A DNA stretch of 64,000 bases from an uncultured Thermoplasmatales archaeon. Lineage in GTDB: Archaea; Thermoplasmatota; E2; UBA202; DSCA01. Below, piece after piece: positions 20,157 to 29,592 of the stretch (the first letter of the stretch is position 1; each line of letters starts with the position of its first letter). The notes under the pieces are model-generated. The model saw only the letters and a list, made by a program, of their open reading frames with translations. It had not been told where the DNA came from and made no database searches. The position numbers and the translations under genes were made by a program. The stretch lies in assembly GCA_964514975.1 (NCBI GenBank), contig CAZESS010000001.1:3736-67735 (forward strand). Reading direction: 5' to 3'.

Positions 20157-22100
20157 ATGTGGGGGAAGAGGTATACGATTTTAGCGGTTGTCACAGTTGT
20201 TATAGCATTGTTTAATGCTTCGATTGGAGGTATAACGGAGCATCGGGCAGCTCTTCCAGGTATGGGGCAACTGGATGCTTATGATGAATCGAGGGCATGT
20301 TCTGATAATCTTGAATCGTTTCAAGTTGACGTGAACTTTTCTAATCCGATAATACTGGAATATGGTAGATATATCAGAATATCATGTCATAGTGATGAAG
20401 ATATTTTGCTATGCCCTGGAATGCCAATGCTTCCTGTTGTAAATATCGTCGTAACAATTCCCCTGGGCAGTAAAATTATCGATGTGAATTATGTAGGTAG
20501 TTCATATGAAAAGATGGATTTACCAGGGAAGATAATGCCTGCTCCTATGCCATTTAAGATAAATGGAAAAGGGGTATCATCTGTTTGTAGCCAACAGTGT
20601 ATCCCTAAACTCGATGAATCTACGTATGGGAGTTCATCGTATTTTCCGTCGGAGTGGTATTCGTTTCATAGAGGTGGGGGATTGCTTGATGGAAAACGTG
20701 TATCTTTTCTTTCTATACATGTGTACCCGGTGAGATATGCACCCAGGCTTGATAGCATTCAATATACCCGGGGGGTGACTGTTGAAGTATTGTATGAAAA
20801 ACCAGAAACACAGTCTTTCATGGCTGGGGATGGGTATGATATGCTTGTTATATCTCCAAGCGAGTTTATCGGGGCTCTTAGACCGCTTGAGGATTATAAG
20901 AATAGTATCGGGGTTTCTACTAAACTGGTTGCTCTTGAGGAGATTACTTGTAGGGGCCGTGATACTCAGGAGCAGATAAAATACTGCATTAAGCAGGCGA
21001 TTGAGGACTGGGGGGTTACATACGTGCTGCTGGTAGGGAATCGGACTAAAGTGCCTGCTCGGGTGGTGGATTCGGGAGATATTCCTATTTATCCCCAGTT
21101 TGTTACTGATTTATATTATGGTGATGTGTTTGATTGTGATGGCAGATTTTGCTCATGGGATGCCAATAATAATAGCGTATTTGGTGAATTGAACGATACT
21201 GCGATTGTGGATGGAATGGACTTATATCCCGATGTGTATGTCGGGCGGCTTCTCTGCCGGAACCGTTCAGAGGTTGAATTGGTTGTGAATAAAACTATTA
21301 GTTACGAAGAAAATACATGGGGGAAACCATGGTTTAAGAACTTGGTTGTCTGTGGTGGCGATTCGCATTCGATGTGGAAGGATATTGTGTTTAACCTGTT
21401 TTTGGGCGGTGGTATAGCTCGTGAAGGAGAATACATTGGTGACCGGGTTGCTGAAAATATGAGCGAGAGTGGGTTTAACGTGACGAAATTGTATGCAAGT
21501 GCATTGTTTCCCTTTGGTGATGCAGATGCAGAGCGGCTTACTGTGGAGAATATTAATACGGCGATAAATAAGGGTGCTGGGTTCGTGGTATTCAGTGGCC
21601 ATGGGAATCCTCTGATGTGGGGTACACACCCTCCATCATTGGATGGCATATGGTTGCCGTTTCATCGTGGGTATTCAACGCCTGATGATCTAGCGTCGTT
21701 GCATAATTCTGGTAAGCTCCCTATCGTTGTTTTTGATGCATGCTCCTGCGGCGACTATAGCAATATCACCGGGGTGCCAAGTCCCCTTGCCTGGGATTTT
21801 GTGAATAAACCCGATAGTGGTGCTGTCGCCTCATATGCGTGTACGTCTCTTGCATTTGGGTATCCTGGTGAGCTTACCACTCAGACCTGTAATGGTTTTG
21901 TTTCTTCCCATCTGTTTTCAACGTATGCTGCGGGAGTTATGTATACGGGGGAATTACTCGCTGATACTCTTACGGCATACCTTAATAGTCAGGTTGCTAT
22001 GTCAAAATATGTGCCTGCGAGTATGAGTGTTTTATGTGTGGAGTATTGGACTCTTTTTGGAGATCCATCGTTACATATCGGGGGCTTTCCTCATAGGTAG
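20157..22100 (+). CDS. C25 family (gingipain-like) cysteine peptidase with propeptide
   Basis: PGMPMLP propeptide, YVLLVG, TDLYY, VGRL, catalytic SGHG and DACS, and LFGDP. Confidence 0.9.
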   Translation: MWGKRYTILAVVTVVIALFNASIGGITEHRAALPGMGQLDAYDESRACSDNLESFQVDVNFSNPIILEYGRYIRISCHSDEDILLCPGMPMLPVVNIVVTIPLGSKIIDVNYVGSSYEKMDLPGKIMPAPMPFKINGKGVSSVCSQQCIPKLDESTYGSSSYFPSEWYSFHRGGGLLDGKRVSFLSIHVYPVRYAPRLDSIQYTRGVTVEVLYEKPETQSFMAGDGYDMLVISPSEFIGALRPLEDYKNSIGVSTKLVALEEITCRGRDTQEQIKYCIKQAIEDWGVTYVLLVGNRTKVPARVVDSGDIPIYPQFVTDLYYGDVFDCDGRFCSWDANNNSVFGELNDTAIVDGMDLYPDVYVGRLLCRNRSEVELVVNKTISYEENTWGKPWFKNLVVCGGDSHSMWKDIVFNLFLGGGIAREGEYIGDRVAENMSESGFNVTKLYASALFPFGDADAERLTVENINTAINKGAGFVVFSGHGNPLMWGTHPPSLDGIWLPFHRGYSTPDDLASLHNSGKLPIVVFDACSCGDYSNITGVPSPLAWDFVNKPDSGAVASYACTSLAFGYPGELTTQTCNGFVSSHLFSTYAAGVMYTGELLADTLTAYLNSQVAMSKYVPASMSVLCVEYWTLFGDPSLHIGGFPHR

Positions 22101-22718
22101 TTGAAACACCGCTGGCTGACTCAAGGAAACGGCGATAAATCCCAACTTTGACACTTTCTACGTTAATTCTGGCCAGAAAATTAGTTTGACAGAAGATCTT
22201 TAGCAAGGGTATTTGAGCCTATTTTGGCATATTAATGGGTGATTTTGAGCAAAAATTACTGTCGAGATCGGCCTTAAAGTAGAGTGAATTTGTCTTTTTA
22301 AGTCTGCTGCCCCTATATTTCCTGCGAACTGTCAAATGCATTGCCAATATTTCGCTGAATAACCGTGAAAAATATCCTTTTTTCTCGAATAAAAACAAGT
22401 ATCCACAAACTGTCAAATGCCTAGTGGAAATAATGCTGGAAAAAATTGAAAACATGGCCAAAAATTGGTGAGAATATCAGCGTCTGGCTGGCTAACTGCC
22501 AAAGTTGGGATCCACGGGGAAGCTTCTGGAGCGGCTACGAGCATCATGAATCGACAGGAACAATCAACCTGGAGGAATCCAGTGCATATCTACAAGACCA
22601 GCCACGACATCACGGAGTGTCCATCATAGACGATGTTCAGCAGCAACTGCCAGGGTTCACCGCCGAGTGAGATGCGGCACGACCGAAGGGCGTGCCGAGG
22701 AACGAAGGCGGAATGGGG

Positions 22719-22847
22719 TTATAGGGGCACAGCCCCTATTTCACTCCCATTATATCCGATGTCGGCGACCTTCTGCAGTCGATCTCCAACCCAGCGGTCG
22801 ACTGCGGCGCCCACGGTCACCTTTTTATCAGAATCTGAGCCAGTCAT
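22719..22847 (-). CDS. Possible short or truncated ribbon-helix-helix protein (42 aa)
   Basis: MTGSDSDKKVTVGAAVDRWVGDRLQKVADIGYNGSEI begins 4 bp after the upstream ORF's stop. Confidence 0.4.
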   Translation of the reverse strand: MTGSDSDKKVTVGAAVDRWVGDRLQKVADIGYNGSEIGAVPL

Positions 22848-22851
22848 GCTA

Positions 22852-23079
22852 TCAGACCGCCTCGCCGACCACGTAGCCGCTGTCAGTTCGCAGGATGGCT
22901 ACCCGTGTTCCTTCTAGCTCTCGGAGCTTCTGATAGTAGTCCTTTCGGAAGGGAAACACGACTGTGCCAACCTCAGCGAGCGTGGCATATATGTGTCTAT
23001 CTTGATGGCGGACATCGTCGAGGATGCCCACCGCTTCTTCCCAGGCCCGTAAGTGTACGGGGTGTTGTTTTGGTAGCAT
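22852..23079 (-). CDS. Small hypothetical protein of the integrase module
   Basis: 75-aa ORF with globular composition, co-oriented with the integrase. Confidence 0.5.
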   Translation of the reverse strand: MLPKQHPVHLRAWEEAVGILDDVRHQDRHIYATLAEVGTVVFPFRKDYYQKLRELEGTRVAILRTDSGYVVGEAV

Positions 23080-23304
23080 GGTATCATTGTGCGTATGTCC
23101 CCTCCTGCGCCGGCAGCCATACAGCAGCTGCTACGGCAATTTCCTTAAAGACCTGGTTCTTTATAAGTTTACTGAACCATTACTCACGCATCACACTTTA
23201 TGTAATACGGCAAAAAAATTAAATACACATTAAAAGGATATAAGCTTCGCTTTTACACATATTGTGATACGGGCCGCGGCGGCCGCAGGCTGCACATGAC
23301 CGGC

Positions 23305-24255
23305 TTATTCCAGCCCGAGCTGCGGGATGCAGGCCAGATATTGTTTCCGCAGGTCCTCATGGTCGATATGGTTGTAGATGTCGATGGCGCCCTTGGGCGA
23401 GTCACCGCGAAGCTCCGCCACATACTCCCGGGGCATCCCCGCGCGGAACAAATGCGTGGTGAACCAGTGACGGCAGCAGTGCGGTGTGAAGTGGTCTTCC
23501 ATCTGGTCGGAGTCGGGGTCATGCAGGTCAACCTCGGCGGCCCAATACGTAAATGCATTGTAGATCCCGCTTCGTTTGAGCCGTCTGCCCTGTGTGTAGC
23601 CGACGAAGAGGGCCTGCTCGTTGGGTGCGGCGATGTCGTCGCGGCGTTGCAGCCATCGGTGGAGCACTCTGGCCGTCTCTGCATCGAAGTAGACGAGGCG
23701 GTTGGTCCGCTTCTGCGTCGGTTTCAGCATGATGCTCATGGTGTCCCAGTCGATGTCGCCGAGGTCGATGAGACTGATTTCTTTGCGTCCCCTTCCTGTT
23801 TTGGCGAGCAGGGTGCAGAGGGCCTTGTCTCGCGTGTCCATGATGGAATTCAGGAAGATCCGCATTTCTTCCACGCTGACAAGCTTCCGTTCGCTCCGTG
23901 AGCCCTGTTTTTTGTATCGGTGGAGGTAGCGGTTGCGGACGTCACCGATGGGGCTGCCCTGGATATGGCCTTCGTAGGAGAGGAAGTCGTAGAAGCTGCT
24001 CAGGGCACTGAAATGGTTTTCGATGGTTTTCTGTTTCCGGCCCTTGTTGCGGAGATGTTCGATGTATTGTCTGAGGTGGCGGCCGTTGACCTCGGTGAAC
24101 GTGATGTCGTGCTGGTGGATGAACTGTTTGAAGAGGCGGATGGGTGAGAGGTAGCTCTGGATGGTCCCCGTGGTGAGCCCGCGGATCTTGCTGTCATCTT
24201 CGAAGTCCTCGATGAGGTCATCGTCCGATGTCTGCACCGTTATGGTTTCTCCCAT
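23305..24255 (-). CDS. Tyrosine recombinase/integrase
   Basis: SAM-like N-domain (TIQSYL, ALSSFYDFL), LAKTGRGRKE, HCCRHWFTT and LRGD...IYNH motifs. Confidence 0.92.
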   Translation of the reverse strand: MGETITVQTSDDDLIEDFEDDSKIRGLTTGTIQSYLSPIRLFKQFIHQHDITFTEVNGRHLRQYIEHLRNKGRKQKTIENHFSALSSFYDFLSYEGHIQGSPIGDVRNRYLHRYKKQGSRSERKLVSVEEMRIFLNSIMDTRDKALCTLLAKTGRGRKEISLIDLGDIDWDTMSIMLKPTQKRTNRLVYFDAETARVLHRWLQRRDDIAAPNEQALFVGYTQGRRLKRSGIYNAFTYWAAEVDLHDPDSDQMEDHFTPHCCRHWFTTHLFRAGMPREYVAELRGDSPKGAIDIYNHIDHEDLRKQYLACIPQLGLE

Positions 24256-24923
24256 CGGTATCCCTCCGCTGTTTCTTTGACAAGGCCATATGCTTCGAGC
24301 TGTCGGAGTTGCCGGTTGACAGCCTTGACCACCTCGGTATCCTTAGGGTCGATGTCCAATGCATCGAGAAGATCACCATGTTTTACGGATCCCCGCGTCT
24401 GGATGACGTCGACGAGCTCCCGCTGATATGAGCGGGTGCCGCTGAACTCATCCTCGATGAACGGCTTGCTGTGGTGGCGTTTGACTTCGGCGTCCAATCG
24501 TTCGGCCAGGGTGTCCAGCATCCGATTCCGTTTCCGCAGCTCAGCATTCTCTTCCTTCAACTGGTTGATCTTGTCTATCAGCTCGGCGCGGGATTGATAC
24601 TTGTCATCGGTTTCCTCAGTGAGGACGTCTTCCATGTGCTCGACGATGAACTTGGAGATGGACATGCCCGCCTGCTTGGCATGCTGCTTCCACCGCTGCG
24701 TCATCTCCACCGAGGGCGGATAGACATAGATGGACCGTTCTTTGACGGTTTCGGTCTTCGGCCTGTTGGATCTGCACTCGCTGCAGTAGAGCGAGCTGCC
24801 ACGGACCACCGGCTCCCGCTCCTCCACATCCTCGACAGATGTCCACGTGTAGCCGCATTCCTCACATGACTTGCCTTTGAGGTCCTTGAGCAATTCTTTC
24901 GGGTTGGTGACTGTGGCGCTCAT
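24240..24923 (-). CDS. Integrase-linked regulator: Zn finger, RHH, coiled coil, winged helix
   Basis: CEEC...CSEC; SIYVY...WKQHAKQAGMSISKFI; heptad region; LRQLEAYGLV...GYRW; overlaps the integrase start. Confidence 0.75.
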   Translation of the reverse strand: MSATVTNPKELLKDLKGKSCEECGYTWTSVEDVEEREPVVRGSSLYCSECRSNRPKTETVKERSIYVYPPSVEMTQRWKQHAKQAGMSISKFIVEHMEDVLTEETDDKYQSRAELIDKINQLKEENAELRKRNRMLDTLAERLDAEVKRHHSKPFIEDEFSGTRSYQRELVDVIQTRGSVKHGDLLDALDIDPKDTEVVKAVNRQLRQLEAYGLVKETAEGYRWEKP

Positions 24924-24971
24924 CACATCATACAACAGCCAAATTATATATAAAGTTTACTCGTAAAAGAG

Positions 24972-25059
24972 CGCTGAGGGAGGGATTTGAACCCTCGTGG
25001 GGCGAAAGCCCCACCAGCTCTCAAGGCTGGCGCCGTAGTCCTGGCTTGGCTACCTCAGC
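24972..25059 (-). tRNA. tRNA-Ser (anticodon UGA)
   Basis: Acceptor stem GCTGAGG/CCTCAGC plus G discriminator, anticodon arm CCAGC-CTTGAGA-GCTGG, long variable arm, GGTTCAAATCC T-loop; CCA not encoded. Confidence 0.95.
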
Positions 25060-25118
25060 AGATAGATGGTAAAAAAGAATAGAGGGGAAAAGAAAAAGGT
25101 TGTGGAAAAAGCGCCGCC

Positions 25119-25430
25119 CTAGGATTTCAGCATTATCTCGATGTTGACGCCGTCAGGGACCTGGATGCGCATGAGCTGCCGCAATGCCCTATCCTGGGCA
25201 TCGAGCTCTATCAGGCGCTTGTGGATCCGCATTTCCCATTTGTCCCATGTCTCGGTGCCCTCGCCGTCGGGGCTCTTGCGGCATGGCACCCGGAGGTGCT
25301 TGGTGGGCAGCGGTATCGGACCGCTCATCTTGGTCCCCGTCCGCTCGGCTATCATCTTTATCTGGCTGCAGACGTTATCGATCTTTTTTGCGTCGGTGCC
25401 TGTTAACGAAACGCGCGCCTTCTGTGCCAT
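25119..25430 (-). CDS. rpsJ: 30S ribosomal protein S10 (uS10)
   Basis: [16 protein letters not shown] and [10 protein letters not shown] motifs. Confidence 0.97.
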   Translation of the reverse strand: MAQKARVSLTGTDAKKIDNVCSQIKMIAERTGTKMSGPIPLPTKHLRVPCRKSPDGEGTETWDKWEMRIHKRLIELDAQDRALRQLMRIQVPDGVNIEIMLKS

Positions 25431-25435
25431 GGTGT

Positions 25436-26710
25436 CTAGCGGGGTTCGACGTCAATGCATACGCCAGCGGCGACTGTTGATCCCATGTCACGGATGGCGA
25501 ATCGTCCCATCTCGGGGATGTCCTTCGCCTTTTCGATGACCATAGGGCGGGTCGGCCTGACTTTGACGATGGCCGCATCGCCCGTTTTCAGGAAGTCCGG
25601 GTTTTCCTCCTTGGTTTCGCCGGTCCGGGGGTCGATTTTCCGGACGAGTTCCTCGAACTTGCAGGCGATCTGTGCCGTGTAGGCATGGAACACCGGGGTG
25701 TAGCCGACGGTGATGACCGAGGGATGGTTGAGCACCATTATCTGGGCGGTGAACGTCCGAGCGACGGTTGGCGGATTGTCGACGTGGCCGGCGACGTCGC
25801 CGCGGCGGATGTCTTTTTTGCTGACGCCGCGCATGTTGACGCCGACGTTGTCGCCGGGCTCAGCCTTGGGTATTTCCTCGTGGTGCATCTCGATGGACTT
25901 GACTTCGCCGGTGACGCCGTCTGGCTGCGTCGACGGCAGAAAGATGAGCTTGTCGCCGGGTTTCATGACGCCCGTTTCCAGTCGTCCGACGGGGACGGTG
26001 CCGACGCCCGTAATCGAGTACACATCCTGGATGGGCCACCGCAGCGGCTTGTTGATGGGTTTTTCGGCGGTGGTGAGCTGATCAAGCGCCTCGATGATGG
26101 TGGGGCCGTCCCACCAGTCGAGCTCGCCCTTTTTGGTGGCGTTGTCTCCCTTGAACGCTGACACGGGGACGAACTGGACGTCCTTGTAGCCGATGGTCTT
26201 CAGCAGCTTCTGCACTTCCTGCTGGACCTCCTTGAAGCGCTCCTGGCTGTACGGCGGGTTGGTGGCGTCCATCTTGTTGATGGCCACGATGATCTGCTTG
26301 ACGCCGAGCGTTCGGGCGAGCCAGGCGTGCTCCTTGGTCTGGGCCATGACGCCCTCTGGAGCCGCGACGACCAGGATGGCCGCGTCTGCCTGCGACGTCC
26401 CGGTAATCATGTTTTTGACGAAGTCCCTATGGCCGGGAGCGTCGATGACGGTGAAGTAGTAGTTGTCGGTGTCGAATCGCTTGTGTGCGACATCGATGGT
26501 GACACCGCGCTCTCGCTCTTCCTTCACCTTGTCCATGATCCATGCGAGCGCGAAGGATTCTTTTCCCTTTTCTTTTGCTTCCTGCTTGTATTTTTCAACG
26601 ATGTGGTCGGGGAACTGACCGGTTTCCAGCAGCAGTCGTCCTACCAGCGTTGATTTGCCGTGGTCCACATGCCCTATCGTCGCCAGGTTTATATGAGGTT
26701 TATCTGCCAT
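25436..26710 (-). CDS. tuf: Translation elongation factor EF-1alpha
   Basis: [33 protein letters not shown] and GRFAIRDMG motifs. Confidence 0.98.
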   Translation of the reverse strand: MADKPHINLATIGHVDHGKSTLVGRLLLETGQFPDHIVEKYKQEAKEKGKESFALAWIMDKVKEERERGVTIDVAHKRFDTDNYYFTVIDAPGHRDFVKNMITGTSQADAAILVVAAPEGVMAQTKEHAWLARTLGVKQIIVAINKMDATNPPYSQERFKEVQQEVQKLLKTIGYKDVQFVPVSAFKGDNATKKGELDWWDGPTIIEALDQLTTAEKPINKPLRWPIQDVYSITGVGTVPVGRLETGVMKPGDKLIFLPSTQPDGVTGEVKSIEMHHEEIPKAEPGDNVGVNMRGVSKKDIRRGDVAGHVDNPPTVARTFTAQIMVLNHPSVITVGYTPVFHAYTAQIACKFEELVRKIDPRTGETKEENPDFLKTGDAAIVKVRPTRPMVIEKAKDIPEMGRFAIRDMGSTVAAGVCIDVEPR

Positions 26711-27002
26711 TTTTCTTCCTCCTGAGTTGTTTGTATATTGCTTTTAGATATATATACTTTTACGGAGGGTAAATGGAGCTACGTTTAAAAATTTTTTCCA
26801 CTCCGGCGGTGCGAGATGATGCTGCACCCGCGCGTGCGACGCGAGTGCGGGGGCGAAAAATATAGAAAACAATATAAGAGCCGTGCTTTTTATACTTCGT
26901 TCGGGATGCGGGTGGTATTATGCTAACGGTTCATATGCGACCTGGGGGCGTTCATGATGCCGGTGTACGGTCGCTCGCCCGACGGCAGGGAGAGCGGATA
27001 GC

Positions 27003-27932
27003 ATGACGGATGTAAAGCGGTTTTTTCTCGCGCATGCCTGGAGCATCCTCCTGGGCTACATCGGGGTGGTGACCGCCAGCTTGGCCATCGCGCACGCGGT
27101 GCTGACCGGCACGCTCGGCCTCATTTCCGTTATCGGCCTGCTGCCGCTTCCCGCCCTCTTCCTGGCGGGCTATCTGTACAGCAAAACCATCCGGCTCGAG
27201 CGGGATGCCCGGGAACAGCGGGAGGAGCTGGAGGCGGTGCGCCGGGAGCTTGAGGACTACACCTATGTGGTGTCCCACGAGCTGAAGGAACCCCTTCGCT
27301 CGCTCCGCATCTTTTCCGGTTTTTTGCTCGAGGACTACGGCGACCGGCTGGACGAGCAGGGACGGGACTACGTGCAGCGCCTCCATCGCGCCTCGGTGAG
27401 ACTAAGCAGCCTCGTCGACGACCTGCTGCTGCTGTCGCGTATCGGGCGGGCGGAGCATGCGGTTGAGCGCGTGGACATGAACGAGCTGGTCGCTGAGACC
27501 GGGGATGAGCTCGCCGCCCTGGTCGAGGAGTCGGATGCGACGGTACGGGCGCAGCCGCTTCCCGTGGTGGCCTGCCAGCGCCGGCTGATGGGCGAGATAT
27601 TCAAAAACGTCATCGCCAACGGCATCCGCTTCAACGAGGAGGAGCATCCCGTGGTCGAGGTGTCCTGTGCCGAGCGGAACGGCGCCTTTTGTTTCAGTAT
27701 CAAGGATAACGGTATCGGCATCGAGCCGGATAAGCTCGAGGACGTGTTTGACCTGTTCACCCAGCTGCATCCCCGGGAGCGATATGGCGGGGACGGCGCC
27801 GGTCTGGCCATCTGCAAGAAAATCGTCGAGGCGCACGGCGGACGGATATGGGCCGAGAGCACCCCTGGGGAGGGAACCGTGGTGTGGTTTACCATCCCGA
27901 AGCATATGGAGGCGCCGGGGGAGGTGCTGTGA
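27003..27932 (+). CDS. Membrane sensor histidine kinase (2 TM, HisKA, HATPase_c)
   Basis: VSHELKEPL H-box; N, G1 (DNGIGI), F and G2 (GAGLAI) boxes. Confidence 0.93.
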   Translation: MTDVKRFFLAHAWSILLGYIGVVTASLAIAHAVLTGTLGLISVIGLLPLPALFLAGYLYSKTIRLERDAREQREELEAVRRELEDYTYVVSHELKEPLRSLRIFSGFLLEDYGDRLDEQGRDYVQRLHRASVRLSSLVDDLLLLSRIGRAEHAVERVDMNELVAETGDELAALVEESDATVRAQPLPVVACQRRLMGEIFKNVIANGIRFNEEEHPVVEVSCAERNGAFCFSIKDNGIGIEPDKLEDVFDLFTQLHPRERYGGDGAGLAICKKIVEAHGGRIWAESTPGEGTVVWFTIPKHMEAPGEVL

Positions 27933-28639
27933 TGGAGCAGAGCGACGTGGATGCCGGTGGAAACGAGCGCACTGCGCAGGTACTCTGCATCGAGGATAAC
28001 GAGGATGATTTCGAGGCGGTGAGGCTGTCGCTTGAGCGTCATCTTGATATGCCGGTCGCCGTGGTGCATGCGCCGACGGGCCGGGAGGGCCTGCATGCGA
28101 TGCGCAGAAGGCAGGTCGACGTGGTGGTGCTTGATTATCTGCTTCCTGACATGGACGGGCTCGAGGTCATGGAGATAATGCGGCGGGAGGGCATCGACAT
28201 GCCGGTGATCATGCTGACGGGGAAGGGGGATGAGAACGTTGCGGTGAAGGCGATGAAGCGGGGTATCCATGATTATATCGTGAAGGAGGACCTGGAGACG
28301 GAGAAGCTGAGTGACAGCGTTGGCAGGGTGCTCGAGCTGACCATGTTTCTCCGGGGGCATGATGCGGTGTTGACCGAGTTTCATATACCGGGGAAGCGGC
28401 GGGGCACGCTGGTTATCCTGGCGAACATTTTGACGGCTTCGATACACGGTATCAATAAGACGACGCTGGTGCACCGCACCAACCTTAATTTTAAGACGGT
28501 TAAGAAGTATCTTTTGTTTTTGCTCGACAATGATTTTTTGTCGGTGCATCATGTTGAGGGGAAGGACATGTATAAGACGACGGAGAAGGGGCTGTTGCTG
28601 CTGCAGAAGCTCCGTGAGGTCAAGCAATATCTCGAATAG
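27932..28639 (+). CDS. Response regulator: receiver plus C-terminal archaeal winged HTH
   Basis: IEDN, LDYLLP, LTG and IVK receiver residues; KTTLVHRTNLNFKTVKKYL...YKTTEKG wHTH. Confidence 0.9.
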   Translation: MEQSDVDAGGNERTAQVLCIEDNEDDFEAVRLSLERHLDMPVAVVHAPTGREGLHAMRRRQVDVVVLDYLLPDMDGLEVMEIMRREGIDMPVIMLTGKGDENVAVKAMKRGIHDYIVKEDLETEKLSDSVGRVLELTMFLRGHDAVLTEFHIPGKRRGTLVILANILTASIHGINKTTLVHRTNLNFKTVKKYLLFLLDNDFLSVHHVEGKDMYKTTEKGLLLLQKLREVKQYLE

Positions 28640-28687
28640 GTCAGCGCGGTGGGCGCCCTCCAGAGATGTGTAATTTTATTTAAATTT

Positions 28688-28781
28688 TTGCTATATAATT
28701 TTTGCTAATCTATCGTACGTAGGAAACGTTAGCAACCGGTTTATATGTAGATTGCTTACTAATTGCTAGCATGATGCTAGT
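28688..28781. promoter_or_regulatory. AT-rich promoter with TATA-like tttatat and clustered TGCT(A/T)/TAGCA boxes
   Basis: ttgcta 28688, ttgctaa 28702, ttagcaa 28729, ttgctta 28752, ttgctagca 28763, tgctag 28775. Confidence 0.5.
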
Positions 28782-28859
28782 AAAGCGTCATCGCACGCAA
28801 CGGCTGGGGCGGAACACAAAAAATCCCACCCCAGGGGTACCCAACATGGAGGATAAACC

Positions 28860-29528
28860 ATGAATGGAATGAGAAAAAAACTGCTGATCGTGGGCGTGGC
28901 ACTCGTCGCCGTCTCCGCGGTCGCCGCAACACAGTACGCCAGAGCCGAACTGAGCTACACATACAACATAAACCACCCGTCAAACGGCTTCATCCGCTTC
29001 GTCGGCGGAGACAACGCAACCGACGGCATGCGCGTCCTGCGCGCCACCAACGGCAACACAACGCTGGAGCTCGACTTCGGTGAAATGACGGCCGGCGTCA
29101 ACAAGACATACACCGCCGCCTTCGCCATCGTCAACGAAGAAAACTTCAGCGTCGACATCACCGACGTTGAAGTGACGACCAGCGACACGGACTACATGCA
29201 AATCTGGCTCCACGGCGACCCCGACGCCAAAGCAGAGGACGACGCATCGAGCGTCTTTGTCTGGAACAAGGGAACCGACGTCGACGGCGCCGCCACCGCC
29301 TGGACATGCGGAGCCGGCAACAGCAACCCCGCCGACATGGACGGCACCGCTATCGCCACAGCATGGGACAGCACCGCACAGGTCCGATACACCGAGGATG
29401 ACACCGAAGCATCGAGCGGCACCGATGACTACGTCTGGGTGCAGATATCCCTCGACATCCCGTCAGGTGCCAGCACGGGCGCAAGCACCGGTACCATCAC
29501 CTTCGACTTCGAGGCATCGACCCACTAG
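28860..29528 (+). CDS. Secreted TasA/CalY-like (SipW-substrate-type) protein
   Basis: MRKKLLIVGVALVAVSAVAATQYA signal; LDFGEMTAG...FAIVN; C-terminal VQISLDIP...GTITFDFEA; lies upstream of a signal peptidase. Confidence 0.65.
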   Translation: MNGMRKKLLIVGVALVAVSAVAATQYARAELSYTYNINHPSNGFIRFVGGDNATDGMRVLRATNGNTTLELDFGEMTAGVNKTYTAAFAIVNEENFSVDITDVEVTTSDTDYMQIWLHGDPDAKAEDDASSVFVWNKGTDVDGAATAWTCGAGNSNPADMDGTAIATAWDSTAQVRYTEDDTEASSGTDDYVWVQISLDIPSGASTGASTGTITFDFEASTH

Positions 29529-29592
29529 AAGCGAGCAGACGCAACCGTCCAACCCCCTTTCCCCTCTCCCCCCCTCTTTCCCCGTACAAACC

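Larger units (their letters stand above)
4072..24994. mobile_element. tRNA-Ser-integrated genomic island (~20.9 kb)
   Basis: 32-bp direct repeats at both ends, tyrosine integrase near the tRNA end, and cargo visibly AT-richer than the GC-rich flanks. Confidence 0.9.

Noticed and set aside
4072-24994. Provirus, conjugative element or defence island
   Set aside because: No capsid, terminase, packaging ATPase, relaxase, VirB4, replication or nuclease/methylase genes were recognised.
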